The notes under the pieces: generated by a model
The model's input: only the letters and a program-made list of their open reading frames with translations
Told to the model about the DNA's origin: nothing
Databases searched by the model: none
Assembly: GCA_963674595.2 (NCBI GenBank)
Contig: CAXXFV010000008.1
Coordinates: 160,001 to 224,000, forward strand
Reading direction: 5' to 3'
DNA length: 64,000 nucleotides
Source of the DNA: a bacterium
GTDB lineage: Bacteria; Zhuqueibacterota; Zhuqueibacteria; Residuimicrobiales; Krinioviventaceae
Program-made: the position numbers and the translations under genes
Shown here: piece after piece, positions 58,493 to 64,000 of the stretch
Layout: every line of letters begins with the position of its first letter
Position numbering within the stretch: the first letter of the stretch is position 1

Positions 58493-59896
58493 CTATTTTT
58501 TTATTTGTTTTTCCCACGCTTTAAAACGGTTGCGAAATCCTTTCGAATCAAACCGTCCCAAAGCACGTTCTTTTGTATACCCCGGTGCCGGAAATGATGT
58601 GCCTTTTGGCAGCAGCTTTTGAAACTTTCCGGGAAACCAGGTGGCAAATCGGTATAATTTTGGATGATTTGCCAGAAAAGCAAAACCGGCCATGCCTGCT
58701 TTTTCAACCTTCATTGATTGTCCAGCTTCGACGACCGTATTCCTCAGTTTCAACAAATGTTTTGGAATATTAATACGAACCGGGCATATTTCATAACAGG
58801 CGCCGCATAAACTGGAAACAAATGGAGCATATTTCCCTTCCACTGTTCCCAAATATTGCGGAATAAGTGTAATACCGATCGGGCCCATATAAACCCAGCC
58901 ATAAGCATGCCCGCCGATTTGTTGATATATCGGACATGTGTTAAGACAGGCACCGCAACGAATGCAAAAAAGCGTTTCACGAAGCTGCGGATTAGCCAAT
59001 ATTTTTGACCGACCATTGTCCAGCAGAACAATGTGTACCTGTTCCGGTCCTTCCTTATATTTCTCCGCTCCGTTACCGCCGATGAAATCAACATAAACCG
59101 ATGCTTTTTGTCCCGTTGCACTGGGGCCCAGTAATTTTAAAAAATAGGCCAAATCGTTCATGGTCGGCAAAACTTTTTCAATTCCCATCACGGCAACATG
59201 CAGTTTTGGCAAACCGACTGTTAACCGGGCGTTTGCTTCGTTTTCCACAATGCAAAAGGAACCTGTTTCAGCAATACCAAAATTAACACCCGAAATGCCC
59301 ATTTCTGCTGTCAGGAATTTTTCCCTAAGCCTTTCACGGGCAATTGTCAGTAACTCTGTCGGTTCTTCGGTATATTCGACGCCCAGCTTTTCCTGAAACA
59401 GTTTGGCGATATCCTGCCGGGTAAGGTGCAGGGCCGGTGCCGTTAAATGTGATGGAATCTGGTCCATGAGCTGAACGATGTATTCGCCCAAATCGGTTTC
59501 CAGGGTTTCCAGGCCATTATCAATGAGAAAATGGTTTAAACCAATTTCTTCAGTTGTTAAAGATTTGGATTTTACAACCGTTTTGACATTGTTTTCCTGA
59601 GCCAGATTGGCGATAATGTTTCTGGCTTCCTCTGCGTCTTTGGCCCAATGCACTGTAATCCCGTTTTTTTGACAATTTTGTTCAAATTCTTCGAGATACG
59701 TGTCCAGGTTTTCAATAACCTGTCTTTTTATAGAATGGGCCTTGTATCGTAATTCTTCCCAGTAGGGAATTTGGTCTTTTTTATTTTTACGTTTAACCAG
59801 CGCTGTTTGTGTTGCCTTGTCAACGGCTGCCTTTAAACGCTCATCCAATAAAGCTTTTTTAATATATTTTTTTGTACGTGTTGGTGAAAGCTCCAT
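58493..59896 (-). CDS. lutB: LutB/LldF Fe-S subunit
   Basis: VKSKSLTTEEI, ETDLGEYIVQL, SHLTAPALH, CIRCGACLNTCP, SSLCGACYEICPV. Confidence 0.93.
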   Translation of the reverse strand: MELSPTRTKKYIKKALLDERLKAAVDKATQTALVKRKNKKDQIPYWEELRYKAHSIKRQVIENLDTYLEEFEQNCQKNGITVHWAKDAEEARNIIANLAQENNVKTVVKSKSLTTEEIGLNHFLIDNGLETLETDLGEYIVQLMDQIPSHLTAPALHLTRQDIAKLFQEKLGVEYTEEPTELLTIARERLREKFLTAEMGISGVNFGIAETGSFCIVENEANARLTVGLPKLHVAVMGIEKVLPTMNDLAYFLKLLGPSATGQKASVYVDFIGGNGAEKYKEGPEQVHIVLLDNGRSKILANPQLRETLFCIRCGACLNTCPIYQQIGGHAYGWVYMGPIGITLIPQYLGTVEGKYAPFVSSLCGACYEICPVRINIPKHLLKLRNTVVEAGQSMKVEKAGMAGFAFLANHPKLYRFATWFPGKFQKLLPKGTSFPAPGYTKERALGRFDSKGFRNRFKAWEKQIKK

Positions 59897-59923
59897 GCGA
59901 TTTCCTCATGAATATATTAATGT

Positions 59924-60664
59924 TTATAAATTCAAACTGGCGGCTAAAAGGTCAGCAATATGCATAGCACGTGCTTTAAAATTGTGTTTTTCCAGATAGC
60001 CGTTTATATTCATCAGACAACTTGAATCCGCGCCGACCACATAGTCGGCCCCGCTCTCATTGATATATTTACATTTTCTGGCAACCATTGCCGTAGACAT
60101 TTCTTTGAATTTATAGGAAAAAGTCCCGCCAAATCCACAGCAGGTGTCTGATTTTTCCATTTCAATAAAATTTATGTCTTTAATTTGGCGAATTAGTTTA
60201 CGCGGCTGTTCCCGCACACCCAGTTCCCGCAGATGATGGCATGAATCGTGATAAGTTACACTATGCGGAAAACTGCCGCCCAGGTTTTCGACCTTGGCGA
60301 CATCAACAAGAAACTCTGTAAATTCAAAGATTTTTTTGCTCAACTCATCTCTTGCCTGTTTGAGTTCATCCCGAATATCAAGCTCGTGATAAAAAATCCG
60401 CACCATTGCCGTGCAGGACCCTGACGGAGAAACAATATAGTCTTTATCTTTAAACAGCTCAATAAATCTTTCCGCTAACGGAACAATTTCTTTTCTATAG
60501 CCCGAGTTGAATGCCGGCTGACCGCAACACGTTTGATCATCCACATATTCGATTTCTGCGCCGATATGGTGTAAGATTTTGACCATGGACATGGCAGATT
60601 CGGGGTACAGATGTTCCGATAAACATGGTATAAATAGTGCCACTTTCATTTTAGTTACCACCAT
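59924..60664 (-). CDS. lutA: LutA/LldE CCG-domain Fe-S subunit
   Basis: QTCCGQPAFNSG, SPSGSCTAM, TYHDSCH, CCGFGGTF, DSSCLMNI. Confidence 0.93.
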   Translation of the reverse strand: MVVTKMKVALFIPCLSEHLYPESAMSMVKILHHIGAEIEYVDDQTCCGQPAFNSGYRKEIVPLAERFIELFKDKDYIVSPSGSCTAMVRIFYHELDIRDELKQARDELSKKIFEFTEFLVDVAKVENLGGSFPHSVTYHDSCHHLRELGVREQPRKLIRQIKDINFIEMEKSDTCCGFGGTFSYKFKEMSTAMVARKCKYINESGADYVVGADSSCLMNINGYLEKHNFKARAMHIADLLAASLNL

Positions 60665-60676
60665 CGATTCCAGGTT

Positions 60677-61873
60677 TTAGTCTTTCAAGTAATTATTGTA
60701 TTTTTCTTGCAACTGCGGGTCCTGAACTGTTTCCATAATATAATCACAGAATTCACGTCCGGTTGCACCATTATCACGACCCGTTATGGTGATTTTACGC
60801 TCATATTGCTGGCATATCTCTAATGCCATTGTTAATTTATCAGCTTTTTGCTGATAGCCGATATGTTCAAGCAACATGGCTCCTGCTCTGATTAAGCTTG
60901 ACGGATCAGCATATTGACCACGGCCTTCATCAATCATTCTGGGGGCTGAACCATGAATAGCTTCAAACATGGCATATTGTTTTCCAATGTTTGCACTGCC
61001 GGCCGTACCAACACCGCCCTGAAACTCGGCCGCTTCATCGGTCAAAATGTCACCGTAAAGATTCGGCAGTACAAGGACTTTGAATTGTGTACGTCGTTTG
61101 GGATCGACCAATTTGGCCGTCATGATATCTATATACCAGCCTTCCCATTTTACTTCGGGATACTCTTTTCCAATGCGTTCGGCTGTTTCCAGAAACAGAC
61201 CATCTGTAGTTTTAATAACATTGGCTTTTGTTACAACGGTGACGTTATTTTTACCGGTTTTTTTTGCAAAATCAAAAGCCATACGAATAATTCTTTCCGC
61301 GCCCTGTTTGGTAATCACTTTAAAATCAAAGGCAATGTCTTCAGTAACCTGAATGCCCTTGCTGCCCAGAATGTAGGCGCCTTCTGTGTTTTCACGGAAA
61401 AATGTCCAGTCCAGACCCTCTTTGGGTACTTTGACGGGGCGGACGTTGGCAAACAAATCCAGTTCCCGACGCATGGCAACATTTGCGCTTTCAATATTTG
61501 GGTAGGGACCGCCTTTTTCAGGAGTGGTGGTCGGAGCTTTAAGGATAACATGGCAAGCTTTAAGTTCTTCCAGAACATCATCCGGAATGGCTTTCAGGTG
61601 TTTTACACGGTTTTCAATTGTCAAACCTTCAATGGTACGAAATTCTACTTTTTTTTCTTTTAATTCATCTGCCAGCATATATTCCATAACTCTTTGTGTT
61701 TCCTGGGAGATAATCGGGCCTATGCCGTCTCCCCAGCACATACCAATGATCATCGGTTTTAGTGTCGAATAGTCTATCCAGTCTTGAGCTGCTTTCATTC
61801 TTTCAACACGTTCAGCCTGCTCTATCAATATATCTTCAAAATGCTTTTTCGCTTTTTCAATATATTCGCTCAT
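60677..61873 (-). CDS. icd: Isocitrate/isopropylmalate dehydrogenase family protein (probable isocitrate dehydrogenase)
   Basis: GDGIGP, ESANVAMRRELDLFANVRP, FRENTEG, VTKANV, PNLYGDILTDEAA, MFEAIHGSAP; same operon as acnA. The S-x-N-x3-R isocitrate-type motif is present. Confidence 0.8.
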   Translation of the reverse strand: MSEYIEKAKKHFEDILIEQAERVERMKAAQDWIDYSTLKPMIIGMCWGDGIGPIISQETQRVMEYMLADELKEKKVEFRTIEGLTIENRVKHLKAIPDDVLEELKACHVILKAPTTTPEKGGPYPNIESANVAMRRELDLFANVRPVKVPKEGLDWTFFRENTEGAYILGSKGIQVTEDIAFDFKVITKQGAERIIRMAFDFAKKTGKNNVTVVTKANVIKTTDGLFLETAERIGKEYPEVKWEGWYIDIMTAKLVDPKRRTQFKVLVLPNLYGDILTDEAAEFQGGVGTAGSANIGKQYAMFEAIHGSAPRMIDEGRGQYADPSSLIRAGAMLLEHIGYQQKADKLTMALEICQQYERKITITGRDNGATGREFCDYIMETVQDPQLQEKYNNYLKD

Positions 61874-61920
61874 TTTAACTCCTTAGTCTTTTATATAAAT
61901 TAATTTCAGTTTTTATCCGC

Positions 61921-62421
61921 TTAATAGTGATCATCTTTTTTAGAGTCTCTCTTATCATGCCGGTACACATAAAATCGTTCACTGAGATTGTCCAGCTCTT
62001 TTTGTGTATCTATGGTCTTTTTTAAATAAATTTGTGCTACATGGTCTTTTGCATTTGTGAAAAGCTGGTGACACAGTGTAAGCATTTGTATAAGTTCAGA
62101 ATCTACTTTATGGTTGGAAATAATCGTGTTCCACAATTCTTCTTCAAAAATGTTAAAAGCCTGTTGAAGTTCATCAAGCTTGTAACCTTCCCGAGATCGT
62201 TTTATGGATAAATTTTCTACATGTACTAGAAAGTTTTTTAAATTATTGGCTTCAACACCTTCCAAAAGTGCGTTTAAAAAATCTTCTTCGCGTTCCTGGT
62301 GTCGTTCAAAATCTATAATTTCGTAATGCGATTGTGGAAGTTTCTGCAATCTATTACAAATGTTATTAATTAAATCTTCCTGATGAGTTCTAATAACGTT
62401 GATCAGGCTGTTTTTTTGCAT
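61921..62421 (-). CDS. Small all-helical protein resembling RsbRD_N / non-heme globin sensor domains
   Basis: Helical pattern with SIKRSREGYKLDELQQAFNIFEEELW; no output domain; start overlaps the upstream gene by 32 bp. Confidence 0.55.
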   Translation of the reverse strand: MQKNSLINVIRTHQEDLINNICNRLQKLPQSHYEIIDFERHQEREEDFLNALLEGVEANNLKNFLVHVENLSIKRSREGYKLDELQQAFNIFEEELWNTIISNHKVDSELIQMLTLCHQLFTNAKDHVAQIYLKKTIDTQKELDNLSERFYVYRHDKRDSKKDDHY

Positions 62422-64000
62422 TGGTTAGGTAATCCTTAATACGTTTATTTCTACGTCCTAATTGTTCTTCAATTCGACCCAATATACGCTGGGAATATCT
62501 TGCATATTCCGGGTCAAGGGTTTTAGCTTCCCTGTCCAAACCTTTTTCAACAATTTGTAAAAATTTATTAATTGTTGGTTTAGATATGGGGGTTGGAAAT
62601 GCGGCCCATTGAAGCAGCGCAGCTTCCATTTCTTCATGGTATTCTTTAAAAGGGTTTTCATTACAGTTTTTAAAGGGGTAAGGGTTTGCTTCTGATTGAA
62701 ATCCTTTTAGCGCCATTATTAGGGGTTGATAATCATAATCATAAGATAATCTTGGAAACTGATATTCTACAACAAAATTCCATCTTTTATCCTGGGTGTT
62801 TTTTTGGTGCCTGTTTAACCGTGAAATAAAAACACCAATATCCGGGTGCAAAATTTCGCCGCGAAAAATTCTCATTTCGCGCAGTTTGCCGTGAGAATCT
62901 TCACGAAGATCTCCACCCAAAAGTAAAAGACATAAATAGTATTCCGGATTTTCAAGCTTTTTAAAATCTTGTTTTTGTGATGTTTGTATGCTTAAGTGCA
63001 AGCTATGGGGCTTAACTTCAATAAAACGAACAGCAAGATCGATCAATTGAGATAGCACCCACGGGTCCTGCGTTGCCGGTTTTGAAACATCGCCCAGTAG
63101 TTTATAACGTCCAAAGGCCAGTTCCAAAAAACCACGGGTCCGGATATCCGTTGTGGTTAAAAATCCGTGGTCATCAACATGGGCGCCCAGTTTCCATCCT
63201 CTTCGCATGAGGTCAAAATCGTAAAAGTAATGAAAGCTGTCATATACTGAATCCGCACCTTCTTCTGCGGTAATTGCATTAACTCCCAGGTTTGAAAATT
63301 CCAGTTCTGCACCCAGCGGTGACCTGGAAACATGCCGATTCTCATTAACCCATTCGACAAGCCCGTCGGTCAGGTTTTTTTGAAAAAGCTGATCCGCGAT
63401 AAAAATTGCGGCAACAGCATAATCCGGGTAGGAAAAGGAGGGATCGAACCTGTCAATACCCAAATGACGCATGGCGATTCTTACCTGCTCATTTTGTTCT
63501 ACAATGAGTTTAAGACTCAGCAAAGCAGAAATACTGTGAAGGTAATAAGTGTCTGCTACATTCACATGGTATCTATATTGATTTCGGAATTTATCTTCCA
63601 ACTGGTTGAAAATCATAAATTTTACAGCCAATGCAATATAATTATCCGCATATTTTAAAGCTTTTTTATCGGATTTTATCCACGAAAGATCGGGAATACT
63701 TGCTTTTTCAAGTTCGTGCCTTATAATAAACGGCGGCAAACCAATGTCTTCAAAGTACTGACGCATTAAGCCATGCACTTCTTCAGACAATAATTCACGC
63801 GTCACCTTAAAAGGTAGGGCTTCCCTGTCCAAAACCATGTGACGGTCAGCACGTTCATTGAGATATTTTTCAACACTTTTTTCGATAAATTCATCTATGC
63901 GGTCTCTTTCTTTAAAGCCTTTTTTAAAATAGGGCTTTAAAGATTTTGGCCGGCCTATATATACATAGGCGTCTTTAAATTCATCTTGTATTTTAACTTT
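62390..64000 (-). CDS. Large hypothetical protein (5' end outside the window) with COOH-NH2 ligase (GS/GCS-fold)-like motifs
   Basis: The frame is open from 64000 (KVKIQDEFKDAYVYIGRPKSLKPYF...RHMVLDRE), so ATG 63838 is probably internal. Motifs SPLGAELEFSN, GFLELAFG, HSLHLS, VVEYQFPRL. Confidence 0.7.
   Translation of the reverse strand, partial: KVKIQDEFKDAYVYIGRPKSLKPYFKKGFKERDRIDEFIEKSVEKYLNERADRHMVLDREALPFKVTRELLSEEVHGLMRQYFEDIGLPPFIIRHELEKASIPDLSWIKSDKKALKYADNYIALAVKFMIFNQLEDKFRNQYRYHVNVADTYYLHSISALLSLKLIVEQNEQVRIAMRHLGIDRFDPSFSYPDYAVAAIFIADQLFQKNLTDGLVEWVNENRHVSRSPLGAELEFSNLGVNAITAEEGADSVYDSFHYFYDFDLMRRGWKLGAHVDDHGFLTTTDIRTRGFLELAFGRYKLLGDVSKPATQDPWVLSQLIDLAVRFIEVKPHSLHLSIQTSQKQDFKKLENPEYYLCLLLLGGDLREDSHGKLREMRIFRGEILHPDIGVFISRLNRHQKNTQDKRWNFVVEYQFPRLSYDYDYQPLIMALKGFQSEANPYPFKNCNENPFKEYHEEMEAALLQWAAFPTPISKPTINKFLQIVEKGLDREAKTLDPEYARYSQRILGRIEEQLGRRNKRIKDYLTNAKKQPDQRY

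Noticed and set aside
60953-61663. 236-aa plus-strand ORF
   Set aside because: It is antisense to icd in the mirrored codon frame, is F/N-rich and has no recognisable motifs.
1-64000. CRISPR arrays, tRNA/rRNA, IS elements, prophage, defence systems and selenocysteine read-through
   Set aside because: By eye I found no spaced direct repeats, cloverleafs, transposase, integrase or nuclease motifs, and no in-frame TGA at a catalytic Cys position. tRNAscan, Infernal and DefenseFinder runs would be needed to exclude them formally.

Overview
AT-rich bacterial chromosomal window of mostly housekeeping and carbohydrate metabolism genes. A C-terminal NYPNPFN sorting-domain protein, a GWxTD/TPR protein, CarboxypepD_reg and Omp85 proteins and many lipoproteins suggest an FCB-group diderm such as candidate division KSB1 or Calditrichota (inference). 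About 48 CDS can be supported. In order: a partial multi-PAS sensor; a SASA acetylesterase; ribokinase with an unknown membrane protein; korAB converging on an iscA / two radical SAM / ferredoxin operon; rsmF-like and nadA; secreted and envelope proteins; a trehalose TPSP-treT pair; sugar transporters and pullulanase; an anSME-nagA operon; kdgK-eda; and a long minus-strand operon. In that last operon lutABC (lldEFG) lies between an isocitrate dehydrogenase-family gene and acnA, followed by an Ldh_2 dehydrogenase. It is preceded by an unannotated protein with COOH-NH2 ligase-like motifs and a stand-alone RsbRD_N/globin-like protein. Five small frameshifts in otherwise intact genes, mostly at homopolymer runs, most likely reflect long-read assembly error. 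I saw no rRNA, tRNA, CRISPR array or mobile element. The best candidates for an undescribed system are the ligase-like/icd/lutABC/acnA/ldh2 operon (53930-64000) and the radical SAM module (9265-12816). All product calls come from motif recognition by eye, without database searches.
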